Below the pieces are notes generated by a model, which saw nothing but the letters and a program-made list of their open reading frames with translations, searched no databases and was not told the origin of the DNA. Position numbers and translations under genes: made by a program. A stretch of 63,257 bases of DNA, filler included, from Nemertoderma westbladi (Eukaryota; Animalia; Xenacoelomorpha): the NCBI GenBank assembly GCA_032718475.1. It is 3 parts of 3 records of this genome, joined end to end, with 100 filler letters (N's around TTAATTAATTAA, not from the genome) between each part and the next. Parts side by side here need not be neighbours in the genome. Positions count along the whole stretch, not along the records: positions 27,911 to 44,354 come from JAUCBJ010003660.1; positions 44,455 to 63,257 come from JAUCBJ010008626.1; 1 more part is not named here. The stretch is one strand, 5' to 3'. Within the stretch, counting starts at the first letter, position 1. Each line of letters opens with the position of its first letter. Shown in pieces: positions 38,201 to 51,879 of the stretch.

Positions 38201-41200
38201 CGTTATTGGACTCCACCTATATTGGACTCCACCGTTTTTGGACTCCACCGTTATTGGACTCCCCCGTTATTTGACTCCACCGTTTTTGGACTCCACCGTT
38301 ATTGGACTCCACCGTTATTGGACTCCACCGTTGTTGGACTCAACCGTTATTGGACTCACCGTTATTGGACTCCACCGTTATTGGACTCACCGTTATTGGA
38401 CTTCACCGTTATTGGACTTCACCGCTATTGGACTCCACGTTATTGGACTCCACCGTTATTGGACTCCACCTTTATTGGACTCACCGTTATTGGACTCCAC
38501 CGTTATTGGACTCACCGTTATGGGACTCAACCGTTATTGGACTCCACCGTTATTAGACTCCGCCGTTATTGGACTCCACCGTTATTGGACTCACCGTTAT
38601 TGGACTCCACCGTTATTGGACTCCACTGTATTAGGACTCCACTGTTTTTGGACTCCACCGTTATTGGACTTCACCGTTATTGGACTCCACCGTTATTGGA
38701 CTCCACCGTATTAGGACTCCACTGTTTTTGGACTCCACCGTTATTGGACTCCACCGTTATTGGACTCAACGTTATTGGACTTCACCGTTACTGGACTCCA
38801 CCGTTATTGGACTCCACCGTTATTGGACTCACCGTTATGGGACTCAACCGTTATTGGACTCCACCGTTATTAGACTCCGCCGTTATTGGACTCCACCGTT
38901 ATTGGACTCCACCGTTTTAGGACTCCACCGTTATTGGACTCCACCGTTTTCGACTCCACCGCTATTGGACTCCACCGTTATTGGACTTCACCGTTATTGG
39001 ACTCCACCGTTATTGGACTCCGCCGTTATTGGACTTCACCGTTATTGGACTCCACCGTTATTGGACTCCACCGTATTAGGACTCCACTGTTTTTGGACTC
39101 CACCGTTATTGGACTCCACCGTTATTGGACTCAACGTTATTGGACTTCACCGTTACTGGACTCCACCGTTATTGGACTCACCGTTATTGGACTTCACCGT
39201 TATTGGACTTCACCGTTATTGGACTCCACCAATATTGGACTCACCGTTATTGGACTCCAACGTTATTTGACTCTACCGTTATTGGACTCCACCGTTATTG
39301 GACTCCACCTTTATTGGACTCCACGCCGTTATTGGACTCACCGTTATTGGACTCCACCGTTATTGGACTCACCGTTATTGGACTCCACCGTTATTGGACT
39401 CCACCTTTATTGGACTCCACCGTTATTGGACTCCACCGTTATTGGACTCACCGTTATTGGACTCCACCGTTATTGGACTCCACTGTATTAGGACTCCACT
39501 GTTTTTGGACTCCACCGTTATTGGACTCCACCGTTATTGGACTCCACCGTTATTGGACTCACCGTTATTGGACTTTACCGTTATTGGACTCCACCGTTAT
39601 TGAACTCACCGTTATTGGACTCCACCGTTATTGGACTCACCGTTATTGGACTCCACCGTTATTGGACTCACCGTTATTGGACTCCACCTTTATTGGACTC
39701 CACGCCGTTATTGAACTCACCGTTATTGGACTCCACCGTTATTGGACTCCACCGTTATTGGACTCACCGTTATTGGACTCCACCGTTATTGGACTCCACC
39801 GTTATTGGACTCCACCGTTATTGGATTCCACCGTTATTGGACTCACCGTTATGGGACTCCACCGTTATTGGACTCCACCGTTATTGGACTCCACCGTTAT
39901 TGGACTCCACCGTTATTGGACTCCACCGTTATTGGACTCCATCGTTATCGGACTCCACCGTTTTAGGACTCCACCGTTATTGGACTCCACCGTTTTTGGA
40001 CTCCACCGTTATTGGACTCACCGTTATTGGACTCCACCGTTTTTGGACTCCACCGTTATTGGACTCACCGTTATTGGACTCCACCGTTATTGGACTCCAC
40101 CTTTATTGGACTCCACCTTTATTGGACTCCACCGTTATTGGACTCAACGTTATTGGACTCCACCGTTATTGGACTCCACCGTTATTGGACTCCACCGTTA
40201 TTGGACTCCACCCTATTAGGACTCCACCGTTTTTGTACTCCACCGTTATTGGACTCCACCGTTATTGGACTCACTGTTATTGGACTCCACCGTTATTGGA
40301 CTCAACGTTATGGGACTCAACCGTTATTGGACTCCACCGTTATTGGACTCCACCGTTATTGGACTCCGCCGTTATTGGACTCCACCGTTATTGGACTCCA
40401 CCGTTTTAGGACTCCACCGTTATTGGACTCCACCGTTTTGGACTCCACCGCTATTGGACTCCACCGTTATTGGACTCCACCGTTATTGGACTCACCGTTA
40501 TTGGACTCACCGTTATTGGACTCCACCGTTATTGGACTCCACCGTTATTAGACTCCACCGTATTAGGACTCCACTGTTTTTGGACTCCACCGTTATTGGA
40601 CTCCACCGTTATTGGACTCAACGTTATTGGACTTCACCGTTATTGGACTCCACCGTTATTGGACTCAACGTTATTGGACTCCACCGTTATTGGACTCCAC
40701 CGTTATTGGACTCACCGTTATTGGACTCCACCGTTATTGGACTCACCGTTATTGGACACCACCTTTATTGGACTTCACACCGTTATTGGAAACACCGTTA
40801 TTGGACTCCACCGTTATTGGACTCACCGTTATTGGACTCCACCGTTATTGGACTCCACCTTTATTGGACTCACCGTTATTGGACTCCACCGTTATTGGAC
40901 TCACCGTTATGGGACTCAACCGTTATTGGACTCCACCGTTATTAGACTCCGCCGTTATTGGACTCCACCGTTATTGGACTCCACCGTTTTAGGACTCCAC
41001 CGTTATTGGACTCCACCGTTTTCGACTCCACCGCTATTGGACTCCACCGTTATTGGACTTCACCGTTATTGGACTCCACCGTTATTGGACTCCGCCGTTA
41101 TTGGACTTCACCGTTATTGGACTCCACCGTTATTGGACTCCACCGTATTAGGACTCCACTGTTTTTGGACTCCACCGTTATTGGACTCCACCGTTATTGG

Positions 41201-44200
41201 ACTCAACGTTATTGGACTTCACCGTTACTGGACTCCACCGTTATTGGACTCACCGTTATTGGACTTCACCGTTATTGGACTTCACCGTTATTGGACTCCA
41301 CCAATATTGGACTCACCGTTATTGGACTCCAACGTTATTTGACTCTACCGTTATTGGACTCCACCGTTATTGGACTCCACCTTTATTGGACTCCACGCCG
41401 TTATTGGACTCACCGTTATTGGACTCCACCGTTATTGGACTCACCGTTATTGGACTCCACCGTTATTGGACTCCACCTTTATTGGACTCCACCGTTATTG
41501 GACTCCACCGTTATTGGACTCACCGTTATTGGACTCCACCGTTATTGGACTCCACTGTATTAGGACTCCACTGTTTTTGGACTCCACCGTTATTGGACTC
41601 CACCGTTATTGGACTCCACCGTTATTGGACTCACCGTTATTGGACTTCACCGTTATTGGACTCCACCGTTATTGAACTCACCGTTATTGGACTCCACCGT
41701 TATTGGACTCACCGTTATTGGACTCCACCGTTATTGGACTCACCGTTATTGGACTCCACCTTTATTGGACTCCACGCCGTTATTGGACTCACCGTTATTG
41801 GACTCCACCGTTATTGGACTCACCGTTATTGGACTCCACCGTTATTGGACTCCACCTTTATTGGACTCCACCTTTATTGGACTCCACCGTTATTGGACTC
41901 AACGTTATTGGACTCCACCGTTATTGGACTCACCGTTATTGTACTCCACCGTTATTGGACTCCACCTTTATTGGACTCCACCTTTATTGGACTCCACCCA
42001 TATTGGACTCACCGTTATTGGACTCCACCTATATTGGACTCCACCGTTTTTGGACTCCACCGTTATTGGACTCCCCCGTTATTTGACTCCACCGTTTTTG
42101 GACTCCACCGTTATTGGACTCCACCGTTATTGGACTCCACCGTTGTTGGACTCAACCGTTATTGGACTCACCGTTATTGGACTCCACCGTTATTGGACTC
42201 ACCGTTATTGGACTTCACCGTTATTGGACTTCACCGCTATTGGACTCCACGTTATTGGACTCCACCGTTATTGGACTCCACCTTTATTGGACTCACCGTT
42301 ATTGGACTCCACCGTTATTGGACTCACCGTTATGGGACTCAACCGTTATTGGACTCCACCGTTATTAGACTCCGCCGTTATTGGACTCCACCGTTATTGG
42401 ACTCACCGTTATTGGACTCCACCGTTATTGGACTCCACTGTATTAGGACTCCACTGTTTTTGGACTCCACCGTTATTGGACTTCACCGTTATTGGACTCC
42501 ACCGTTATTGGACTCCACCGTATTAGGACTCCACTGTTTTTGGACTCCACCGTTATTGGACTCCACCGTTATTGGACTCAACGTTATTGGACTTCACCGT
42601 TACTGGACTCCACCGTTATTGGACTCACCGTTATTGGACTTCACCGTTATTGGACTCCACCAATATTGGACTCACCGTTATTGGACTCCAACGTTATTTG
42701 ACTCTACCGTTATTGGACTCCACCGTTATTGGACTCCACCTTTATTGGACTCCACGCCGTTATTGGACTCACCGTTATTGGACTCCACCGTTATTGGACT
42801 CACCGTTATTGGACTCCACCGTTATTGGACTCCACCTTTATTGGACTCCACCGTTATTGGACTCCACCGTTATTGGACTCACCGTTATTGGACTCCACCG
42901 TTATTGGACTCCACTGTATTAGGACTCCACTGTTTTTGGACTCCACCGTTATTGGACTTCACCGTTATTGGACTCCACCGTTATTGGACTCCACCGTATT
43001 AGGACTCCACTGTTTTTGGACTCCACCGTTATTGGACTCCACCGTTATTGGACTCAACGTTATTGGACTTCACCGTTACTGGACTCCACCGTTATTGGAC
43101 TCACCGTTATTGGACTTCACCGTTATTGGACTTCACCGTTATTGGACTCCACCAATATTGGACTCACCGTTATTGGACTCCAACGTTATTTGACTCTACC
43201 GTTATTGGACTCCACCGTTATTGGACTCCACCTTTATTGGACTCCACGCCGTTATTGGACTCACCGTTATTGGACTCCACCGTTATTGGACTCACCGTTA
43301 TTGGACTCCACCGTTATTGGACTCCACCTTTATTGGACTCCACCGTTATTGGACTCCACCGTTATTGGACTCACCGTTATTGGACTCCACCGTTATTGGA
43401 CTCCACTGTATTAGGACTCCACTGTTTTTGGACTCCACCGTTATTGGACTCCACCGTTATTGGACTCCACCGTTATTGGACTCACCGTTATTGGACTTCA
43501 CCGTTATTGGACTCCACCGTTATTGAACTCACCGTTATTGGACTCCACCGTTATTGGACTCACCGTTATTGGACTCCACCGTTATTGGACTCACCGTTAT
43601 TGGACTCCACCTTTATTGGACTCCACGCCGTTATTGGACTCACCGTTATTGGACTCCACCGTTATTGGACTCACCGTTATTGGACTCCACCGTTATTGGA
43701 CTCCACCTTTATTGGACTCCACCTTTATTGGACTCCACCGTTATTGGACTCAACGTTATTGGACTCCACCGTTATTGGACTCACCGTTATTGTACTCCAC
43801 CGTTATTGGACTCCACCTTTATTGGACTCCACCTTTATTGGACTCCACCCATATTGGACTCACCGTTATTGGACTCCACCTATATTGGACTCCACCGTTT
43901 TTGGACTCCACCGTTATTGGACTCCCCCGTTATTTGACTCCACCGTTTTTGGACTCCACCGTTATTGGACTCCACCGTTATTGGACTCCACCGTTGTTGG
44001 ACTCAACCGTTATTGGACTCACCGTTATTGGACTCCACCGTTATTGGACTCACCGTTATTGGACTTCACCGTTATTGGACTTCACCGCTATTGGACTCCA
44101 CGTTATTGGACTCCACCGTTATTGGACTCCACCTTTATTGGACTCACCGTTATTGGACTCCACCGTTATTGGACTCACCGTTATGGGACTCAACCGTTAT

Positions 44201-44354
44201 TGGACTCCACCGTTATTAGACTCCGCCGTTATTGGACTCCACCGTTATTGGACTCCACCGTTTTAGGACTCCACCGTTATTGGACTCCACCGTTTTCGAC
44301 TCCACCGCTATTGGACTCCACCGTTATTGGACTTCACCGTTATTGGACTCCACC
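29238..44354. repeat. 16-bp tandem satellite (about 950 units, 15/16-bp variants) with higher-order repeats
   Basis: Unit GGACTCCACCGTTATT; rare variants recur in identical order over kb distances; runs into the gap. Confidence 0.98.
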
Positions 44355-44454
44355 NNNNNNNNNNNNNNNNNNNNNNNNNNNNNNNNNNNNNNNNNNNNTT
44401 AATTAATTAANNNNNNNNNNNNNNNNNNNNNNNNNNNNNNNNNNNNNNNNNNNN
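44355..44454. other. Assembly gap with artificial linker
   Basis: N-run, TTAATTAATTAA, N-run. Confidence 0.9.
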
Positions 44455-44714
44455 TTTCAAATGGAATCTTATGTTGTGGAGAAGAATGTGACATGCAATA
44501 TATTATTTGGGAGTTTCTGACCTTGCCACCTTCCAACCAGGAGACCTGTTGGTTGGGTCTTTGTTCCAGTGAGATGATTAATTTCTTGCCATGCCTGCTG
44601 TGGAAAATTTCCCACTTTCATCAGTGGTTCTCGTCAGGTCAATTGTTGCCAGGGTGAGCTCACATTACTGACACTCATTGGTCCCCCAATCTTGAAAGCC
44701 TGGTACTTGAACAG

Positions 44715-44952
44715 ATTCGCCATCGCTTCACAGGCTGTTGCTTTACCGTGAGGAACATCCTGTGCCCAATCTGATACTTTGGTGGCAGTACAATGGTGGA
44801 CACTGGACTGGACAGCCCATGAATTTCTTGAGGCGCCTCTATAAGAAAGACACAGGCCTTGAAGATGCGGATAATCTCGCAAAAGTCGTGGGGTTAGGGA
44901 TTTGTGGAAGCATAGCATTAATAATGCAAGCCCTATTGCAGCATGCCGATTG
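44715..44952 (+). mobile_element. Old RTE family A 3' fragment
   Basis: GGACAGCCCATGAATTTCTTGAG...GGCCTTGAAGATGCGGATAATCT...GCAGCATGCCGAT resembles 48470-48726. Confidence 0.8.
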
Positions 44953-45341
44953 TGGATTGCATGGTGGCAGCACAATTTTATTGTTTAAGTCTGCATAGCA
45001 ATCTCAATGAGCAGCTTCAGTGCAGCGTTCCAATTATATAAAGAGTATTAGAGCTGAGATTTCCTGTAGGAATTCTGTTCTATTATATAGTTATAATATA
45101 TATAATATTAAGTAAGAAATGTTAATATTATATTGAAGTTCATCACTTACTGATACATATGTACATTATGCTCTTCTGCAGTAGGATAAGACTCAGTCAG
45201 CAATAATGTTTTTATTTAATATTGTTGTTACATGACATGTTATAAAGAAAGCACCTATTTTGAACAAAATAACCCATATATCAAAATGTAATTTCGCTAT
45301 TGATAATTTTATGCTTATTTATTTCATGATTTTGATTGCAG

Positions 45342-45488
45342 TCTCTGGGTGTTTTGATACAAAGGGTGAAGTCATGACTCAGCCAAATCCGAATTGTGCA
45401 AATTTCAATTGCGAGAGTTCAGATCATCAAACTCAGTATGAAGCCTGGCTGAGATGCCCGAGTGAATGTCAATTGTGTAGAGCTAATA
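45342..45488 (+). CDS. ShKT-like domain exon (phase 1-1)
   Basis: Acceptor TTGCAG ends at 45341; encodes SGCFDTKGEVMTQPNPNCANFNCESSDHQTQYEAWLRCPSECQLCRAN (CxD...C...C...Cx3Cx2C); donor GTTAGT at 45489, or stop at 45491-45493 if unspliced. Confidence 0.7.
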
Positions 45489-46324
45489 GTTAGTAAAATA
45501 CTCAATTATATATCATAATAATATTAATATCATAATAATAGGTAATGTGTCCCAATAAATTTAAAATTAATTTTGGTAATGCTGAGTTATAACATTACTA
45601 GCAGTTTTTTTTTATTGAATAAGTTTTTCAAGTACGTTTTTTCCTAGTTTTTTTTATGGAATAAATAGATTGTATTCATGGTGTGTGATGCATGCACCCA
45701 GTTTTCAGTTTGATTTATGTTATTAAGTATTTGGTTTAAACTTTGTGGAGTTCATGCTTCAGTTGGGAATTGGAATAAAGATTTGCCTGAATATTCTTTA
45801 AACTATCCTGAGATCAGGGCCGAATTTACAACCTTGTGGCTTTAATTAAGGTTATTATTCTGAAAAAGTGGCCTGAAATTAGTTTTATTTATTTTACATA
45901 AATTGGGCAATAAATGTTTTGTAACCTAAAACTAAAACACACGAAATAATAACAAAAAAAAAAGTATATAGCTCAGATACTAGCGTTATGGAGGCTGGTA
46001 AAATAATTAAGTCAAAGAGCATTCCTGTAGTTCCGACTCCATGAAAGCATTCGACTCCATCCATGAAAATACTAACAGCTTATGGATAACATTTGATGGG
46101 CGGTTCCATGAATCATAAAGTTTACCAAAATGTGGGTCTTTCTGCTGCTCTTTCACCAATCTGTAAGTTGAATAGTAAGCATTACAGGGGCATGCTGACA
46201 AGGTTGAATGCAGCCTGACATGTAGCTGAAGAGTAGCTGCGTTTCGAATTTGTTTGGGATTTATTGTATTAAATCAGCAGCAGAGTGCAGGTGACGACTT
46301 TACGCATCTTAAACTTCACCAGTC

Positions 46325-46460
46325 CTGGAGGTCAGGATAATCTCGCGAAAGTCATGGGGGATAGGGAGTCACGGTGTTGCAATTTTGTCGATAAGTCAGC
46401 ATAACATTCTAAATGTGGTATTCGGGGCATTCCCAATGCTTAGGTGCATTGAGGCATGCC
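46325..46460 (+). mobile_element. Old RTE family A 3' fragment
   Basis: GGATAATCTCGCGAAAGTCATGGGGGATAGGGAG...TGCAATTTTGTCGATAAG resembles 48620-48700. Confidence 0.65.
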
Positions 46461-46511
46461 AATTGGGGCATGCTAACCAATCACTTTTATTATGGAAGTA
46501 GGATAATGTTT

Positions 46512-48740
46512 GACTTAGTCTGCGTGCTAGCAGATCAACGAAATCTGCCTTGCCGCGGCATGACTGGTCCTCTCTGTTGCAACAGCCAAGTGTGAGATCC
46601 AGCTTCACACTACAGCTGAGCAACAGGTATGAGGCTCTTGCCTCTGAGGCGGCAGATCACTGTGAGGGCTATACTGCCTTTACAGAAGCAGTTAAGTTAG
46701 CAGCTGCGGAAACAGTTCCTGTATACCCTCGAAACAGGAAAAGGCCCCCCTGGACTGACAACAAAATTCAGAAGTGCCGAATGACCTCCATAAGGCGCAG
46801 AAAGAGTCCCGACTCAAACAGACTACAGCGGCCAAGAATGCAGTTAAGGCTGCATCTAGGTCCCTGAACAGGCAGTACTCTGCTAATCTACAGGAGCTAA
46901 TAAACCAACAGGTTGATGCCATCAATGATGCTGACGACGGCAGGCAATCATCCCAGGCATGGAAATCGATCAATCTGCTTACTGGGCGGAAAAGCCAACA
47001 AACCACCAAGGTTAAGGCTGAATCACCAGCCGATCGCCTCAATGGTTGGAAAGCCCACTTTGAAAAGCTCCTCAATAATGACAGGGTATTGCCTGATAAC
47101 TTTATAGAAGTAAAAGTGTCTGAGTCTGTACTCCCAGATATTCCCATTGGCGATATCTCCTTTGCAGAAGTGAAGGCTGCAGCAAAGAGCATTAAGACCA
47201 ATCGTGCCAGTGGAGTAGATGGTGTTCCCCCTGAGGTCTTTAAAATACCTGAGTGTTTAAAGCTCATCTATTCCATCATAGTAGACATGTACCGAAACAC
47301 AAGAGTCCCACAAGAAATGAAAACAAATAAGTTGGTGCCAGTTCCCAAGAAGGGCAACCTAACACTCTATGGTTCTTTTCGGGGAATCTCATTGATCTCG
47401 ATTGCTGCAAAGCTATACAATAGGATTCTATTAAATCGCATCAGGGATCCCATTGAGAGACTGCTCCGTGGAAATCAGAATGGGTTCCGTAAAGGTCGTG
47501 GGACCATGGAGCCCATTTTGGCACTTAGAAGGATAATTGAAGAGTTATCAAAAAAGAAAGACAGGCATCTGGCTGTTATCTTTGTTGACTTCTTCAAGGC
47601 CTTTGATTCAGTCTCTCGCTCACGTATGTTCAGCATACTTTCATTATATGGGATTCCTGATGAAATTATTGCAGCAATCAGATCAGTATACGATGGTTCG
47701 ACAACATTTGTGTCTACTGTTGACGGTGACACAGAACCATTTGAAGTGTTATGGGGCGTCCTCCAAGGAGACACACTTGCACCATTTTTGTTCATTATTG
47801 TGGTTGACTATGTTCTACGCATGTCCTTAGATCATTATAATGATGATGGGGTGATGATAACTCCACCTACTGGCTCCAGAAGTCGAGGAAATCCTGCCAA
47901 GTACCTAACTGATCTAGACTTTGCTGATGACTTAGGAGTACTCTCAGAATCATTAGAGGGAGCCCAACGGCTCCTCAGCTCATTAGAACATGCTGCTTCT
48001 AGTGTTGGTCTTTTTATTAACTCCAGAAAGACCAAAATTCTGACAGTTAACTTTGAAAGTCCTCAGCAAGTCTCTGATCGGATGAGCATAAGCTCAAAGG
48101 ATGGTATGCTTGAGCATGTGGACGACTTCTGTTACCTGGGATCATGGATCCGGAAGTCAGGTGAGGACCTTCGAATACGTAAGGGAAAGGCATGGGCAGC
48201 CTTGAATAGGCTTTCCAGGATTTGGAAGTCACCGAGAATTAATCGGAAACTTAAGGTCCGATTATTTAGAGCAGCAGTAGTTCCAGTACTCCTCTACGGG
48301 AGTCCATGCTGGGCTCTAACTGCTGAGGACACCAAATCTCTGGATGGCACATTCACAAGAATGCTACGCCGGGTTCATTGTGTCAAGTACAATGCACACA
48401 TCTCCAACCAGACACTATATAACATTGGAGGTGTCTCATTGGTTCCCCCAAGCTTGACACTAGAACAAAATCGCCTCCGCTTTGCAGGACATTGCTTTCG
48501 CCGTGAGGACCAGCCAGTGCATAATCTTGTACTTTGGCAGCCTCATGGCGTGAATAAGCATGGTGGACAGCCCATGACTTTCTTGAGACGCATCCTAAAG
48601 GACACTGGCCTTGAAGATGCGGATGATCTAGCAAATGTCATGGGTGATAGGGAGTTGTGGCGGTGCAATTTTGTTGACAAGCCGGCACAGCATTCTTAAA
48701 ATGCAGCTGCAATGCAGCATGCCGATCCTAGTAGTAGTAG
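46512..48740 (+). mobile_element. RTE-like LINE family A, young 5'-truncated copy (RT region intact)
   Basis: ORFs 46550-46867 and 46774-48699 (one frameshift): WKAHFEKLL, QNGFR, FVDFFKAFDS, GVLQGDTLAP, FADD, YLGS; (TAG)4 tail; 15-bp TSD AGTAGGATAATGTTT at 46497-46511 and 48736-48750. Confidence 0.95.
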
Positions 48741-49272
48741 GATAATGTTTTCACACTGAATTATTTTAGCAGAAGACTGGAGAACTGCAGACCATCATCT
48801 TCCTCAGAAAGATGCGGCATTTGTGTACATTTATGGCAAGATTCACTTTAAATATAAATTAAAATAAAAAAAACAGGAGGTTTTGACTTTCAGACAGGTC
48901 GCTCTCTTGCTGCTAAGTGGAGTACTACCGACCAATCACCTTCCCGATAAAGCCGCAACATGAGGTCTATTACACATATTACAAGATTCAGCTTAAACAC
49001 ATTAAGATCAAGGATAAGTTGGTTATCACTTTCTGTTATTTCGCCCTCTAGTGGTATATTGAAGAACTACAGACCGTTCCCACAAAGACACAGGCAGTCT
49101 TCTAGTACATATCTGCCACTCAAACCTTATAGTAATTAAGTGTAAGACTTGCTATGTTCAACTAGTGATGGGCCTAGCTGCCCAATAAGGAACTGAACCT
49201 ATATGCCTTCCAGCTTAAATTTGTGTCTTTTCCAAATTATAGGATATTTTAATTATTAATAACTTTTTTCAG

Positions 49273-49406
49273 AACCACATGGATGTTATGACATTTGGGA
49301 TACGGCTACATGTGATCTTCATATATTACCTAATGGTGACTGTGACAATGTATTGGGAGCCAGAGACACCAATTGTAGGAAGACATGTAGAAGCTGCAAT
49401 TGGTGA
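49273..49406 (+). CDS. Terminal ShKT-domain exon (not in ORF track)
   Basis: Acceptor TTTTTTCAG ends at 49272 (phase 1); encodes PHGCYDIWDTATCDLHILPNGDCDNVLGARDTNCRKTCRSCNW-stop, a canonical six-Cys ShKT pattern ending CRKTCxxC. Confidence 0.8.
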
Positions 49407-49689
49407 ATGTGTGAAACAATTACAATATTATACAGTAAGCATTATTGTATAACTAATAATGTATGTTTAGGTGTAATGTAATTTCTAAAGGTATACTTTA
49501 TTTTAAGGAATATTTAAAATATTAAATTATGTGTGGGTATATATCGCTTCTTTGTTCTAAAAGTAAACTCATTATTGGAAGTGGTGTGAAACGTTTGGGG
49601 TAATTGTAGTTGGACAAAAATAATTTAGGGAGGGATACAGCAACATAGACAAAAACATTTATCCTAAATTCATTGGATCGTATTTCATA

Positions 49690-50030
49690 AATTATAGAAA
49701 AACAAAATATGGTATAAATGGTTCATTTATTGATTTCGAAAAACATAAGACTTTTTGGACAGGACTGCCATATCGAAACTGGATTATGGGTTTAGCGTAA
49801 GGAGTGTTACATGTCGGATTATTTACTGACAGGAGATCGCTTAGTAAGGGAGATTGACTTAATTAAATGAATTGGAGTTAAGCTGAATTGAGCCGAGCGG
49901 AAAGTCTTAAACCACAATCCATCAATTACTGGGAGAATAAGCTATAAAGGGATTGTATGTAGAGGGTTTATCTGTCAGATTCAAACTATATTTATACCAT
50001 TTTTCGCGGATATGACATTGCTTCGTTTAG
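49690..50030 (+). mobile_element. Highly decayed LINE RT fragment
   Basis: Remnants resembling FIDFEK (49726) and FAD-D (~50002). Confidence 0.35.
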
Positions 50031-50254
50031 TGAAAGTGTGGAGGAAGGGGGTGGGGATGGGCGCTTCGATTTACTATGCATTTATTCAACATTTTAGAGA
50101 CAAAAAGGTGTGTAAATGCTACGCAGACTACCGACAATCACACCCAATACCATTTACCATATACCTCACCTGTTAAGAGCCCAGGCTGGACTCCCATAGA
50201 GGAATACTAGTTCTAAAGCTGCTCTAAATAGTCGAACCTTATGTTTCGACATAT

Positions 50255-51230
50255 CTTATATGACTTCCAAATCCTGGACAGTCCATTTTTTCCCCCTTAT
50301 GTATTCGATCCCATCCATCCATCCCTCCATCATCCCAGGTAGCAGAAATCAACCACATGCTCAAGCACTCGATCCTTAGAGCTTATGCTCATACATTCCG
50401 GCATTTCCTGAGGACCGTCGAAGTTCACTGTCAAATTTTTATTCTTTTTGGAGTTTATAAATATATCAAAACTAGGAGCAACATGCTCCAATGAGCAGAG
50501 CAGCCTTTAGTGATTCTGAGAGTACCCTATAAGTCATCAGCAAAGATCAGTAAGGTACTTTCACTTAGCTAGATTTTCTCTACATATGTATGTATTGGGG
50601 TGTTACCATCCCCCCCTTTATTAAGATAGTATAAGGACATCTGTAGAACATGGTGTAGAACATAATCAACCACAACTATGGATAATAAGAATGGTACATG
50701 TGCGTCACCCGGAAGGACTCCCTGTAAGATTTCGAATGGATCTGTGTCACAAATCCACTTTAGACACAAATTTCTTCGAAACATTGAAAACTGATGTGAT
50801 TTCTTCAATAAGTTCCTCAGGAATCCCATATAATCCATGTATGCTGAACATATATGATCGAGAGACTGAATTTAAGGCCTTAAAGAAATAAACAAAGATA
50901 ACAGCCAGATATCTGTCGTTTTTAAGAACTATTTCTGGAGTCTTTCTGTGCCTTTCTCAAATAGCTTCAGCACTTCCTAATTCTGTGGTCTATCCAGGGC
51001 GTCTTTTTTCTATTTAAAGGGAAGACACAGGAACTGTTTCTGCAGCTGCTGCTTTAACTGTTTCTTGTGATGGCAGTATATCCCATGCAGTGATCTGTCA
51101 CCTCAGATAATAGAGCCTCATACTTATTTCTTCAGCTGAAGTGTGAAGCTTGATTTAACACTGGGATGTTACAACAGAGAGGATCAATCATGCTGTGGCA
51201 TAGAAGATTTCTTAGATGTGTGAGAATAAG
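50255..51230 (-). mobile_element. Old internally deleted RTE family A copy
   Basis: Reverse complement aligns piecewise with 46540-48230 (e.g. GACTTCCAAATCCTGGA, ATGCTCAAGCA, GGAATCCCATATAAT, GGAACTGTTTC). Confidence 0.8.
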
Positions 51231-51514
51231 CCTTCCTTCCTACCTTGGCTTTAATAAGTAACTTGTGAATGAGTGAAGAGAAAATTCTGTATAGAGTTCC
51301 TGTACAGAGCACCTGTATTTCTTATGAAACAGACATTGGTCTATCTGGGACTTATGAACATTGCGTCCACTGAGTCTCCATAGTATACACCCATGAGTAT
51401 GAGTTTCAAGTCTGCTTCTAAAACTGTGTCCCAGCCAAAAACAATCCATTTCCAGAGATGAAATCCTGATGATGGACTGAATTTTGGTGAACACTATCAA
51501 TGGATACCCATGGA

Positions 51515-51775
51515 TGATTTACTCTGGGGTCACTGTCCCCACTGCATATTCCGCCGGGGTTGGTATCCCCTCCACAGATTCTTCCGGGTTCAGTGTCCCC
51601 ACTGTGGTTTACTCTGGGGGTCGGAGTTCCTACCGCAGTTTAATCTGGGGTCAGTGTCCACATTGTGGATTCCTCTGGGGTTGGTGTCCCCACCACGGAT
51701 TCGTCTGGGGTCAGTGTCCAGTGGGGATTCCTCTAGGGTCGGTGTCCCCACTGCAGTTTACTCCGGGGTCGGATC
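51515..51775. repeat. Degenerate ~30-bp GC-rich tandem repeat (about 9 units)
   Basis: Units like TTACTCTGGGGTCAGTGTCCCCACTGCAGT, each with GGGG...CCCC. Confidence 0.8.
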
Positions 51776-51879
51776 TCCTGGGTCTCAGGGACAAGGAGAC
51801 ACAAACTTAAACTTGCGATCCTCAGACATGTCACGTTTCCCCCTGTCCCCATCTCATTCCTATTTATGTGATTGTTTCC

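Noticed and set aside
29238-44406. Dozens of long + strand ORFs (LDSTVIGLHRYWTPP repeats)
   Set aside because: The 16-mer has no stop in any + frame; starts are non-ATG and 15/16-bp indels shift frame freely, so there is no sign of coding constraint.
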